Part shown: positions 44,710 through 62,135 of the stretch, piece by piece | Position numbering within the stretch: position 1 is the first letter of the stretch | How the letters are laid out: the number at the start of each line of letters is the position of its first letter | Assembly: GCA_965224245.1 (NCBI GenBank) | Contig: OZ245046.1 | Coordinates: 5,984,001-6,048,000, forward strand | DNA from: Candidatus Eiseniibacteriota bacterium | Lineage (GTDB): Bacteria > Eisenbacteria > RBG-16-71-46 > CAZAMP01 | Direction of reading: 5' to 3' | Length of the DNA stretch: 64,000 nt | Program-made: the position numbers and the translations under genes | The notes under the pieces: model-generated | What the model was told of the DNA's origin: nothing | Seen by the model: only the letters and a program-made list of their open reading frames with translations | The model's database searches: none

Positions 44710-45135
44710 GTGGCCAAGACACCCATCGCGCAGGTGAGAATTCAGCTTCCGGCCGGTGGAGCGACCCCGGCCCCGCCGGTGGCGCCGGCGCTCGGACCGC
44801 ACGGCATCAACCTGGCCGAGTTCTGCAAGGCGTTCAACGCGCAGACGCAGCATCAGTCCGGCCTGGTCGTCCCGGCCGTGGTGACCGTGTACAACGATCG
44901 CTCGTTCTCGTTCATCACCAAGACGCCGCCGGCGTCGATCCTGATCAAGAAGTCGATCTCCCTGGCCAAGGGGTCGGGCGTTCCGAACCGCGACAAGGTC
45001 GGGCGGATCTCTCGCGCGCAGCTCGAGGAGATCGCCAGGACCAAGGACCCCGACCTGAACGCGTACGAGCTGGACCAGGCAGTCAAGATCATCGCCGGTA
45101 CCGCTCGCAGCATGGGCGTCGAGGTCGACTGGTGA
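44710..45135 (+). CDS. rplK: 50S ribosomal protein L11
   Basis: ATPAPPV.PALG, FCKAFNA.T, FITKTPP, GTARSMG. Confidence 0.98.
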   Translation: MAKTPIAQVRIQLPAGGATPAPPVAPALGPHGINLAEFCKAFNAQTQHQSGLVVPAVVTVYNDRSFSFITKTPPASILIKKSISLAKGSGVPNRDKVGRISRAQLEEIARTKDPDLNAYELDQAVKIIAGTARSMGVEVDW

Positions 45136-45278
45136 CGGTCGGCCGTCGACCTGTGCGAAGTCGCTAACGCGCCCGTCCCCGCGGCGGGTGCTTCTCACGG
45201 TCGGTCTCCGGGCCGACCGGCGTCGATCGAACCACCGTCGTCCTCCCGGGACGCGCGCGGTGGGAGACGAGGAGGAAC

Positions 45279-45989
45279 ATGAGGCACGGAAAGCGCTATC
45301 GGACGTCGATGTCCAGGCGCAAGGAGCTCGGTGCGACGAAGCCGGTGGCACTGGTTTCGGCCATCGATGCAGTGCTCGCGCTGGCATCGGCCAAGTTCGA
45401 TGAGACCGTCGAGGTGGCGACGCGGCTCGGCGTCGACCCCCGCCACGCGGATCAGATGGTCCGCGGCACCTGTGCGCTTCCGCACGGGACCGGCAAGACC
45501 AAACGCGTCCTCGTCTTCGCCAAGGGCGAGAAGGTGACCGAGGCCGAGGGTGCCGGTGCCGACTACGTCGGCGGCGAGGATCTGATGGAGAAGATCCAGG
45601 GCGGGTGGTTCGACTTCGAGGCCGTCGTGGCCACGCCGGACATGATGAGCGTCGTGGGACGGCTGGGCAAGCTGCTCGGGCCGAAGGGCCTGATGCCCAC
45701 GCCGAAGACCGGCACCGTCACGCACGACGTCGCGAAGGCCGTCAGTGAAATCAAGGCCGGTCGCGTGGAGTACCGCGTCGACCGTCAGGGCAACGTCCAC
45801 GTTCCGGTGGGGAAGATCTCCTTCGGCAAGGAGAAGCTCCTCGGGAACGTGTCGTCGCTGTTGGGTGAGATCGTCAAGGCCAAGCCGTCCGCGGCCAAGG
45901 GGACGTATCTCAAGAGCGTCACGCTGTCGAGCACGATGGGCCCGGGAGTGCCCGTCGACACCGCCGACGTGATCTCCTCGGTCGCGTAA
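45279..45989 (+). CDS. rplA: 50S ribosomal protein L1
   Basis: [46 protein letters not shown]. Confidence 0.98.
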   Translation: MRHGKRYRTSMSRRKELGATKPVALVSAIDAVLALASAKFDETVEVATRLGVDPRHADQMVRGTCALPHGTGKTKRVLVFAKGEKVTEAEGAGADYVGGEDLMEKIQGGWFDFEAVVATPDMMSVVGRLGKLLGPKGLMPTPKTGTVTHDVAKAVSEIKAGRVEYRVDRQGNVHVPVGKISFGKEKLLGNVSSLLGEIVKAKPSAAKGTYLKSVTLSSTMGPGVPVDTADVISSVA

Positions 45990-46003
45990 GGAGCAACGGA
46001 GAA

Positions 46004-46528
46004 ATGGCCAAGCACGAGAAAGTCCAGCTTGTCGCCGAGTACACCGAGCTCCTGAAGTCGTCCAAGAGCATGTACTTGGCCGACTACGTGGGCCTGGACG
46101 TCGGCAGCATGGAAGAGCTGCGTGCCCAGTGTCGCAATCAGTCGATCCGCTTTCAGGTGGTGAAGAATCGCCTCCTCAGGCGGGCGGCCAGCGACCTCGG
46201 GTACGAGGCACTGGGAGAGCACCTGACCGGACCCATCGCGATCGCCGTCAGCGATCTCGACGAGGTGTCCCCGGCCAAGGTGATCTCGAAGTTCGCGAAG
46301 GAGCACAAGACCAGCAAGCCGGCGCTGCGAGGCGCGGTCGTGGACGGAAACGTCTACGGACCGAACGAGGCGGAAGCCCTCTCGAAGCTGCCGAGCCTGG
46401 ACGAGACGCGGTCGATGCTCCTCAACGTACTCAGCGCGCCGGCCTCGCAGCTCGTGCGCATCATCGCCGCGCCCGGAACGCAGATCGCCCGCGTTCTGGA
46501 CGCGCGCAAGGATACGCTCACCGACTGA
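46004..46528 (+). CDS. rplJ: 50S ribosomal protein L10
   Basis: DY.GL, LR, VVKNRL, LTGP.AIA, LSKLPS; position between rplA and rplL. Confidence 0.96.
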   Translation: MAKHEKVQLVAEYTELLKSSKSMYLADYVGLDVGSMEELRAQCRNQSIRFQVVKNRLLRRAASDLGYEALGEHLTGPIAIAVSDLDEVSPAKVISKFAKEHKTSKPALRGAVVDGNVYGPNEAEALSKLPSLDETRSMLLNVLSAPASQLVRIIAAPGTQIARVLDARKDTLTD

Positions 46529-46667
46529 TCGCCCGGGCGAGACGGCGAGGACCGCGCGAGCGGACACCGCCTCTCGACGCGGACGATCACGCACCGCGCG
46601 GTGCGTCGACAGTTGAGAACCGACACGTGACGCCGACCCGATCGGCAACAAGGGAGACGATAAGACA

Positions 46668-47042
46668 ATGGCAGACCTGAACGCGATCAAGGACAGCCTC
46701 AGCCAGCTCACGCTGAAGGAAGCCGCCGAGCTCGTTTCGATCCTCGAGGAAGAGTGGGGCGTGACGGCGGCGGCGCCGGTCGCCGTGGCCGCGGTCGCCG
46801 GTGACGCCGGCGGTGCCGCCGCGGCCGAGCAGACCGAGTTCGACGTGATCCTGTCCGCGGCCGGCGACAAGAAGATCGCGGTGATCAAGGAAGTCCGCGC
46901 GATCACGGGCCTGGGCCTCAAGGAGGCCAAGGAGCTGGTCGACGGTGCGCCGAAGCCGGTCAAGGAGAAGGTGTCCAAGGACGACGCCGAGAAGATCAAG
47001 GAGCAGCTCGAGGGCGCCGGAGCCGTCATCGAGATCAAGTAG
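46668..47042 (+). CDS. rplL: 50S ribosomal protein L7/L12
   Basis: [36 protein letters not shown]. Confidence 0.99.
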   Translation: MADLNAIKDSLSQLTLKEAAELVSILEEEWGVTAAAPVAVAAVAGDAGGAAAAEQTEFDVILSAAGDKKIAVIKEVRAITGLGLKEAKELVDGAPKPVKEKVSKDDAEKIKEQLEGAGAVIEIK

Positions 47043-47351
47043 AGCACCGCACGAGCCCGCGCGCGCCCGCGTGCGCGCGCGGCTCTCGTGCACCGACGTC
47101 GCCCGCGCGCCCGCGCGGCCGGCGGCGAGCGTTTCGAGGCCGTGCGGGGGCGACGCCCCGGCGGCCGACGATCGACGCGGGGGCCGCCCCAGGTCCGGTC
47201 GAGGACGTATCGCGGAAGTTCCTCGTCGGACGAAACCTACGGCCCCGTGTGGATGTTCGAGATCTGGGGCACGAGGGCCAGAGGTGCGCCGCCCGACCTT
47301 GCTCGCTGACGCGTGCTCGGTCGGCGGTCCAGCCGGAAGGTGGAACGAGAC

Positions 47352-51215
<3,864 letters not shown>

Positions 51216-51363
51216 GTACCCGCCACGCCGGCGCGGCGGAACCACCGCCGCGTCGGGTGATCGGGCATCGATATGACGGGCTTTGCGACGCAACGTCCTG
51301 GCCGATCGCACCGCGCGCCGTCCGCGCGCGCGTGATCGGTCGCCTCCACCGAGGAGTTCGCTG

Positions 51364-55551
<4,188 letters not shown>

Positions 55552-55570
55552 CGGCCCCTCGACGTGTCCG

Positions 55571-55604
55571 GATGCCCCGGGGGCCCAGCGCTCCCGGGGC
55601 ATCG
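55571..55604 (+). terminator. Hairpin downstream of rpoC, possible terminator
   Basis: Stem GATGCCCCGGGG/CCCCGGGGCATC (12 bp) about 20 nt after the stop; no U-tract. Confidence 0.45.
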
Positions 55605-55648
55605 TCATGCAGGGCGCGGCCGAGCGCTCCAGCCGGTAGAATGAGCGC

Positions 55649-56263
55649 ATGACCCTCCGCGACACGATCATCTATCTCATCGGAGTGCCGGCCGTCGGCA
55701 AGTACACGACGGCGAAGGCGATCGCGCGCCTGTCCGGCGCCATCGTGGTCGACAATCAGCTCATCAACAATCCCGTGTTCAGCGTCGTCGGGTACGACGG
55801 CACCGACGCGGTACCGCTCCCGGCGCGTGTCTGGACCCACACCGACACGATCCGGGGCGCCGTGCTGGCCGCGATCCGCGAGTGCGGCCCGCCCGGCGCC
55901 AGCTACGTGCTCACGAACGTCCTCGAGGCCACGCCCGAGGACGAGGCTCTCTTCCGAACGATCGAGGATCTGGCCGTCGCTCGCGGTGCGACCTTCGTTC
56001 CGGTCTGGCTGACCTGCGACGCGGCCACGATCCGGCTTCGCAAGGACGCTCCCGACCGACGCACGCGGCTCAAGGACGTCGATCTGACCACGATCGACTG
56101 GTGGCTCCACGAGTTCGAGCTCCTCCGCGTCGTGCACCCCAACGCGCTCGAGCTCGACACCTCGACGGGGACGGCGGATGCCACGGCGCGGCGCATCCTG
56201 ACGCACGTGGCCGCCGTCGCCCCCGGCGCGGCCGGGCCCGACGGTCGCCACTCACCGGAGTAG
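55649..56263 (+). CDS. Small P-loop kinase-like (AAA_33-like) protein
   Basis: IYLIGVPAVGKYT Walker A variant, VDNQLINNP, FVPVWLTCD, LELDTS; nucleotide-kinase-like size. Confidence 0.75.
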   Translation: MTLRDTIIYLIGVPAVGKYTTAKAIARLSGAIVVDNQLINNPVFSVVGYDGTDAVPLPARVWTHTDTIRGAVLAAIRECGPPGASYVLTNVLEATPEDEALFRTIEDLAVARGATFVPVWLTCDAATIRLRKDAPDRRTRLKDVDLTTIDWWLHEFELLRVVHPNALELDTSTGTADATARRILTHVAAVAPGAAGPDGRHSPE

Positions 56264-59140
56264 GACGAAGGTGGCGGTCTCGATCGTATCGGCCGCCCGG
56301 AGCCGGACGAAGTAGCGGCCGCTGGCGACCGGCGCTCGGTTCTCTGCCCGACCGTCCCACGTGATCTCGAAGCGTCCGGGAGTCTGGTGACCCCTGAACA
56401 AGGTTGCGACGTGTCGTCCGTTCACGTCGTAGACCGAGACGTCGACGTCACCCGCGGACGCGACCTCGTAGCCGACGGTGGCGCGGGGCGCGACCGGATT
56501 GGGGGCGACGAAGCGGATCCCGGCACGCGGGGCGACCGCGGGACCATCCTCGGCACCGACGACGAGCTCGAAGCGCTCGAAGACGACGTCGTCTACGGCC
56601 GCCTCGAGGACGTGATCGACGTCGTCGTCGCACGCCGTGAACCGGAGCAGCACGGTTGCGCTCGGCACGATGGGGCCGCAGAGGCGGAAGCTGGCGTCGG
56701 TCCACCCCGGCGCGGCGGCCGAGACCTCTTCGAGGAGCGTCCAGGTCCCCCCGTTGGTCGTGGCCTCCACGCGCAGGATGTCTCCGGGATCGCCGTCGGG
56801 CTCGCGATAGAAGTGTCGCCGGTACCGAACACGACCGCCTTCGGCACCGGAGAGATCGTACACCGGCGTGATCGCGGTCGTGCAGCCGTTGTCGACGTCG
56901 TTGGCGGAAGCATCGCCCTCGGCGGCGGCGCCGGTCACGACGCAGAGGATCCCCGGGTCCGCGGTGTGATCGTCCTCGGGCTGGGCGATCTCGCCTCCGT
57001 GCATGGTCTGCTCGGGGTCGGCGATCTCCCACACACCGTCGGTGGCCGTGTCGCTGAACAGCCCCAGGATCCAGCCGCCGTCGGTCTCCAGATCGTCCTG
57101 GAGCGCGACGCTCGCGGTACCGGTCTGGAAGCTGTGAACGGACGCAGGCGCGTCAGGGGGGCTGGTGGCGGTGTTCCCGGAGGGATCGATCACGCTCGCG
57201 TAGAACGTCACGGTCGTCGGAGAGTCGAGATCGGTCACGTCGTGGCGAAACGTCCCGGTCTCATCGAGCGCCATGGGGATGGTCACGAAGGGCTCGCCAC
57301 CGACGCTGACGTGGAGATCCCCCCACGCGACACCGCTGTCGTCCGAGGCCGAGACCTCGATCGTCATGACCTCGCCGGTCGGGATCACCGTGCACTCGGA
57401 CGAGGCGGTGACGCTCGGCGGCGTCACGTCGCCGTCGAGCGGAACCAGCTCTGCGAGCACACTCGTCGTGTCGCCGGCGGTGAACACGAGGTCGTCGAAG
57501 ACCTGGGGCTCGAACGCGGGATGCGAGACGTTCACGGTCTCGGTGAGAACCGACACCTCTTCCAGCACTCGTCCGTCGAGGTCCGTCTGGAACTGGGCAG
57601 GCGGTGGTCCCAGCGCCTCGACCGTGACGCCGGCGACGGGGTATCCGTAGGCCGCATGCTCGACCCTCAGGTTCAGGATCCCGCTCTGCACGGCGCGAAC
57701 GACCGCCTCGTACGCATCGATCAGGCCCATGCCGTAGGCGTTGTCGTCACCGGGCGTGCCGTGATCGATCGCGGTCTCCAGCAGAATGGTCTTGATCTCC
57801 TCGACGGTGATGTCGGGATCGGCCTCGCGCATGAGCGCGGCCGTGCCGGGCAAGTGGGGTACGGCTCGGGAGGTGCCGCTCGCGCTGCCGTAGCCGCCGC
57901 CCGGCGACGACGACCGCACGTTGCCGGGCGCGACGACCTCGGGCTTGATCGACACGCCGTCGCATCCCGACGGGCCGCGCGCCGACGACGTGGCGACGTC
58001 GTAGGGGGGTGGTCCGCCGTCGATCAGGACAGAGCCGACCGAGAAGCACGACAGCGGGGTCGCCGCTCGCTCGGCCGGGGAGGCCACGGTTCCGGGATCG
58101 GGTCCTCGATTGCTGACCGACCAGAACGTGGCGACGCCGGCCGCCTCGCAGTTGTCGATGGCGTCGTTCCAGAGCCCGTAGCAATCGGGCCATCCGAACT
58201 CTTCCTTGACCGACCAGGAGTTGCCGACCGCGTCGGGGACGTCGTCGACGGTGACCGGGTCACCGTCGGGGTCGGCGAGCCACTCCAGGGTCGTGAGGAT
58301 CGCGGCGTCGAACTCGGCCATGGTCCCGATCGCGGTGGCGTTCGCCGCGATCCAGTCCGCTCCCCAGGCCACGCCGATCGTGTCCGCGGTGGCGACCTCG
58401 AGCCCGCAGACCGTTCCCATCGATCGCGTACCGTGTCCGTCCAGGTCCTCCGGGAACGTCGGGGAGCTCCCGAGGAAATCGAGCCAGGCCGACTCCGGTG
58501 TCCCCGTCGTCGTGCCCCGCCAGCGCGCGGCGAGCGCGGGATGAGTGCCGTCCACCCCCGAATCCACGACGGCGACGAGACGTCCGGCGCCGGTGAATCC
58601 CAGCTCGTGCCAGACGTCGGTGGCACGGACGGCGCGGAGGTTCGGCTCGGCCACCCCGGGGGTACGTCGGCGCGCTGACGTCGCCTCCTCCGGATCCGGT
58701 CGCGCGAGCCGAACATCGGGCTCGACGACGTCCACGTCGTCTCGCCCGGCGATCAGGCGGATGACGTCGGGCGTGGCGCGAAAGGAGACGGCGTTCACGA
58801 TCCAGAACGACCGGTAGCGCTCGACTCGACCCTCAGCCTCGAGCGCGCCGAGCTGATCCAGCAGCGGCGCCTGCGGCTCGGCGTCCCCTCGAAGCCGTCG
58901 AACGACGATCTCGTGTCGATCGCGACGCGACAGACCCTCCGACCGGAGTCGCCGGACGAGCGCCAGCGCATCGGTGCGCTGGGGCAGAAACGCAACGACG
59001 GCTCGTTGCCCGGTCGGCTCGGCGGCCAGCGTTGCCTCCAGCGCCGGGTGAAGCGTGCCGGCGTGTGCGAGCCCGGGCGCCAGCGCAAGCGCAGCCGGGG
59101 CGAGCGCGCGAAGGATCGAGATCGGAGGGGGCCGGTGCAT
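56252..59140 (-). CDS. Secreted S8 (subtilisin / bacillopeptidase F-like) protease with Ig-like, jelly-roll and C-terminal FlgD-like domains
   Basis: Signal peptide and propeptide (FWIVNAV). Triad motifs VVDSGVD, GHGT and SGTS. C-terminal APNP...VYDVNGRHVATL...WDGR....VASGRYFVRL. Confidence 0.9.
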   Translation of the reverse strand: MHRPPPISILRALAPAALALAPGLAHAGTLHPALEATLAAEPTGQRAVVAFLPQRTDALALVRRLRSEGLSRRDRHEIVVRRLRGDAEPQAPLLDQLGALEAEGRVERYRSFWIVNAVSFRATPDVIRLIAGRDDVDVVEPDVRLARPDPEEATSARRRTPGVAEPNLRAVRATDVWHELGFTGAGRLVAVVDSGVDGTHPALAARWRGTTTGTPESAWLDFLGSSPTFPEDLDGHGTRSMGTVCGLEVATADTIGVAWGADWIAANATAIGTMAEFDAAILTTLEWLADPDGDPVTVDDVPDAVGNSWSVKEEFGWPDCYGLWNDAIDNCEAAGVATFWSVSNRGPDPGTVASPAERAATPLSCFSVGSVLIDGGPPPYDVATSSARGPSGCDGVSIKPEVVAPGNVRSSSPGGGYGSASGTSRAVPHLPGTAALMREADPDITVEEIKTILLETAIDHGTPGDDNAYGMGLIDAYEAVVRAVQSGILNLRVEHAAYGYPVAGVTVEALGPPPAQFQTDLDGRVLEEVSVLTETVNVSHPAFEPQVFDDLVFTAGDTTSVLAELVPLDGDVTPPSVTASSECTVIPTGEVMTIEVSASDDSGVAWGDLHVSVGGEPFVTIPMALDETGTFRHDVTDLDSPTTVTFYASVIDPSGNTATSPPDAPASVHSFQTGTASVALQDDLETDGGWILGLFSDTATDGVWEIADPEQTMHGGEIAQPEDDHTADPGILCVVTGAAAEGDASANDVDNGCTTAITPVYDLSGAEGGRVRYRRHFYREPDGDPGDILRVEATTNGGTWTLLEEVSAAAPGWTDASFRLCGPIVPSATVLLRFTACDDDVDHVLEAAVDDVVFERFELVVGAEDGPAVAPRAGIRFVAPNPVAPRATVGYEVASAGDVDVSVYDVNGRHVATLFRGHQTPGRFEITWDGRAENRAPVASGRYFVRLRAADTIETATFVLLR

Positions 59141-59435
59141 GGTGAGCTCCCCGGGACGAGGTGGCCGCCGTGGTGGGCGGAGACGTTCATGATAGCAGGT
59201 GTCACGGCATCGGCTCGATTTCCAGGTTCGAGCCGCATGCGCGTCGCGCGTGGGTGTGCCCGACTCCGAACGGACGACGTTCGACGGCGCACGGCCGCGA
59301 GGTCGCCGAGCAGGGTCGGGCGCGCTAGACTACGCGAGGCCAGGGACGGCATCGGTTGATCGACAGAAACGGAGAGATCGCCATGGACCCGACGATCCCA
59401 CGGAGCCCGACGGACACCGGACGGCGGGGTGGGAC

Positions 59436-59780
59436 ATGAGCGGTCCACGCTGGCTCGGTCTTGCTCACGGCATCGTCGCCGTGCTGCTCCTGCCGCTGGT
59501 GATCACGCTGGACGAGATCGTGCTCATCGCCATTCCCGGCTGGCTGGGGCTTCTCGGCATCCAGCTCTGGCACGGACAGTCCGGGCTCGGCGGTCAGCTT
59601 CGCTGGACGCACATGATCATGTCGGTGGTGGCCGTGCTGCTGATGGGCTACGGGGCCTTCGTGCTGGTGGCGAGCGCCGAGCACGCGCTCCTGCGGGGGC
59701 TCCTGCCGATCGGGCTGGGAATTCCCCTCGGCGCGCTCGCCGTGATCTCGCTGGCGATGTCGCGGGGTCTCGATCGATAG
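59436..59780 (+). CDS. Small hypothetical membrane protein (about 4 TM helices)
   Basis: 114-aa strongly hydrophobic ORF from the ATG at 59436; start uncertain. Confidence 0.6.
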   Translation: MSGPRWLGLAHGIVAVLLLPLVITLDEIVLIAIPGWLGLLGIQLWHGQSGLGGQLRWTHMIMSVVAVLLMGYGAFVLVASAEHALLRGLLPIGLGIPLGALAVISLAMSRGLDR

Positions 59781-59934
59781 GCCCTGACGATCCCGTGGGC
59801 CGGTGCGCATCACTGGCCCGCGAGCACCGGCGGACCTGGAGGGTCAGGCTCGTGTCCGAGACCGACCGGTGCCGCCCGGGAGGTTCCCGGATCCCGGACG
59901 ACACCGGCGTTCCCGAAACGTCGAGGCGCGCCGT

Positions 59935-61242
59935 CTAGAAGCTGAAGCGCGCCCGTGCATACACGTTGTCGTTGTCGTCGTTCATCCCGAACAGCGTGCG
60001 TTCGTCGTTGCCCTGGAACACGTTCGCTCCCAGCGTGAGCTTCAGCTGGTCGCTGTAGTCGTAGTCGACCGCCATCCGGACGTAGCCGTCCTCCTCGGTC
60101 GGGGAGTAGAACCCGAAGCCGGACAGGGTCAACGTCTGATACATGAGCTGCTGCCGGAGGCGCACCGTGGCCAGCATCCGGTTCTCGTCCTTCAGGTAGG
60201 CATCGGGGCCGAACGCGGCGTCCAGCGAGCGGCGCGCCAGGTCGTAGTCCTGCATGCCCTCCCAGTAGAGCTGGGCCCCACCGGTGAAGTCCGACCACCA
60301 GGTGCGCTCGTAGCCGGCCATCCCCCGGATCTCCGAGTTGGGAACGAGGGGATCGTCGCCGTCGGGATCGTCGGCCGAGTCGTAGTACGCACCCTCGGCC
60401 CAGCCCACGCCGCCGAACAGGGGACCGCGGACGCTCGCGCCCCAGCTCCGGAGCTCGGGGTGGAAGAACGCCACGGGCATCATCTCGCCCCCGACGTCTC
60501 CCAGGACCAGACCCGACGGGGACTTCCAGTAGCCCACGTACCCGTACGCGGCGACGTTGTAGCTGCCCATGTACCGGTTCAGACGGAACGCGAGCTCGCC
60601 GTTCTCCAGCGTCTCGTCCGGCGGCGTGGTGGGCACGAACGCCGGCGACCAGATGGCCAGTCGCTCGCCCATCGGGACGTCGTCCGGGGTGAACGTCGGC
60701 GTGTACACGAGATCGACCGCCACCGGCAGGCCGAAGATCCCGATCCGAACCGCGTCGGACGGGCGCTTCAGGTACTGGTCCTCGCGGCCCACGAAGAAGC
60801 TCACCCAGTCCTTGGGGAAGAGGTCGTTGATGAACAGGAGGTCGCCGGTTCCCCAGGTCGTGGGCTGGCGGCCGGCACGCACCTCGACCCGGTCCGCGAA
60901 CGCGTTGAACTTCGCGTAGCCCTCACGGACGTCGATGGTGGCGTCGCCGCCGGCGACCTGATCGGAGAGGAGATCCACCACGAAGTGTCCCTCTCCGACG
61001 TCGCCGTACACGTCTCCCTTGAGCTGCACGCGGGTCTCACGGAGCGGAAAGTCCGAGTCCGCCCCCCAGACGGGGGGCAGGGAGTCGGCCGGAACGTCAC
61101 CCCACTCGACCGGCGGGGGCGAGGGGTCGTACAGGCGCACGCCGGTCGCCGTCTCCAGGAATCCGTGGAGCTCCAGCTCTGCACTCGCAGGAGTCAGCCA
61201 GGCCAGCATCAGGCCGGCCGCTCCGAGCATGACACGTCGCAT
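59935..61242 (-). CDS. Outer-membrane beta-barrel protein (DUF1302/porin-like)
   Basis: Signal peptide; VREGYA, GRQPTTWGTGDL..INDLFP; C-terminal beta-signal YARARFSF. GGAGG RBS. Confidence 0.78.
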   Translation of the reverse strand: MRRVMLGAAGLMLAWLTPASAELELHGFLETATGVRLYDPSPPPVEWGDVPADSLPPVWGADSDFPLRETRVQLKGDVYGDVGEGHFVVDLLSDQVAGGDATIDVREGYAKFNAFADRVEVRAGRQPTTWGTGDLLFINDLFPKDWVSFFVGREDQYLKRPSDAVRIGIFGLPVAVDLVYTPTFTPDDVPMGERLAIWSPAFVPTTPPDETLENGELAFRLNRYMGSYNVAAYGYVGYWKSPSGLVLGDVGGEMMPVAFFHPELRSWGASVRGPLFGGVGWAEGAYYDSADDPDGDDPLVPNSEIRGMAGYERTWWSDFTGGAQLYWEGMQDYDLARRSLDAAFGPDAYLKDENRMLATVRLRQQLMYQTLTLSGFGFYSPTEEDGYVRMAVDYDYSDQLKLTLGANVFQGNDERTLFGMNDDNDNVYARARFSF

Positions 61243-61278
61243 GACGATGCTTCCTCCGTCCGCACGCGGTGCGTGCGC

Positions 61279-62082
61279 CTACTTCTGGATGTACTTGCGC
61301 GGCGGGCTCTTCAGGTACCGTTCGCTGAAGACGTCCGCCTCGATGCCCTCGTCGTACGAGATCTCGTCGAACGTGATCTCGGTCGTGTTCTCCTTGCGAG
61401 GGGTGGACATCCGGCGCTGGACGGCGGTCGGATGACCGTCGGCGTCGACGATCTCGAGGCTCTCGAAGAGCTTCAGCAGCTGGTCCTTGTCGTCGTAGTA
61501 CTCCTCGCGCAGGATCAGCATGGACGCCTCGTCGATCCAGGTGACCTTCCGCGCGAAGTAGTCCTTCTCCTTGGGCGTGCTCTCGATCACGATCGTCTGG
61601 TACCCGTCGCGCTCCTCCTCGCGCAGCAGCGTGTGGGTGTCGTTCGTCCAGTGACGTCCGCTGACGTCCTCGTAGCTGAAGTCGCTGCCCACGAAGCTGC
61701 TCTCCTTGTCGTTGGCGGAGATCGGCTTCACGAGATCCAGCGCCGGGATGTAGATCCAGCGGGCGTCGTCGGCCGCCGGGTCCTTCCAGGCCATGAACGT
61801 CGTGCGGCGCACGTCGTTGGGCTCGAAGAAGTAGACGAAGTACCGCTGCTCGCCGCCGTCCTCGAAGTCCTTCCGGAGGATGACGAAGTCGCGCTCGCGG
61901 GTGCGGCCCTTGCGATCGGTGATCGTCATCTGAACGTGCGCCGCGCCGTCGTCGGCCGGGTAGTACATGTTCAGGTGCGCGGTCTTCATGAGCTCCTCCG
62001 CGCTCGGCGCCTGGGCGGCGACGGTGCCGGAGGTGGCCAGGAGCAGCGCCAGAGCGCCGAGAACGGGGTACGTGGCTCTCAT
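61279..62082 (-). CDS. LolA-like outer-membrane lipoprotein-sorting protein
   Basis: Signal peptide; F.EPNDVR.T.F, DDARWIYIPAL, SFVGSDFSYED, EYYD..DQL.K. AGGAG RBS. Confidence 0.85.
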   Translation of the reverse strand: MRATYPVLGALALLLATSGTVAAQAPSAEELMKTAHLNMYYPADDGAAHVQMTITDRKGRTRERDFVILRKDFEDGGEQRYFVYFFEPNDVRRTTFMAWKDPAADDARWIYIPALDLVKPISANDKESSFVGSDFSYEDVSGRHWTNDTHTLLREEERDGYQTIVIESTPKEKDYFARKVTWIDEASMLILREEYYDDKDQLLKLFESLEIVDADGHPTAVQRRMSTPRKENTTEITFDEISYDEGIEADVFSERYLKSPPRKYIQK

Positions 62083-62135
62083 CGTCGGATCTCCTCTTTC
62101 GGAGCACGTCGAGGGTGCGCGCGCGGCGCACCGAC

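Noticed and set aside
59257..59325. Possible three-way-junction RNA between the S8 protease and the membrane protein genes
   Set aside because: Short GC-rich stems with no riboswitch or ribozyme consensus; cannot be distinguished from chance folding.
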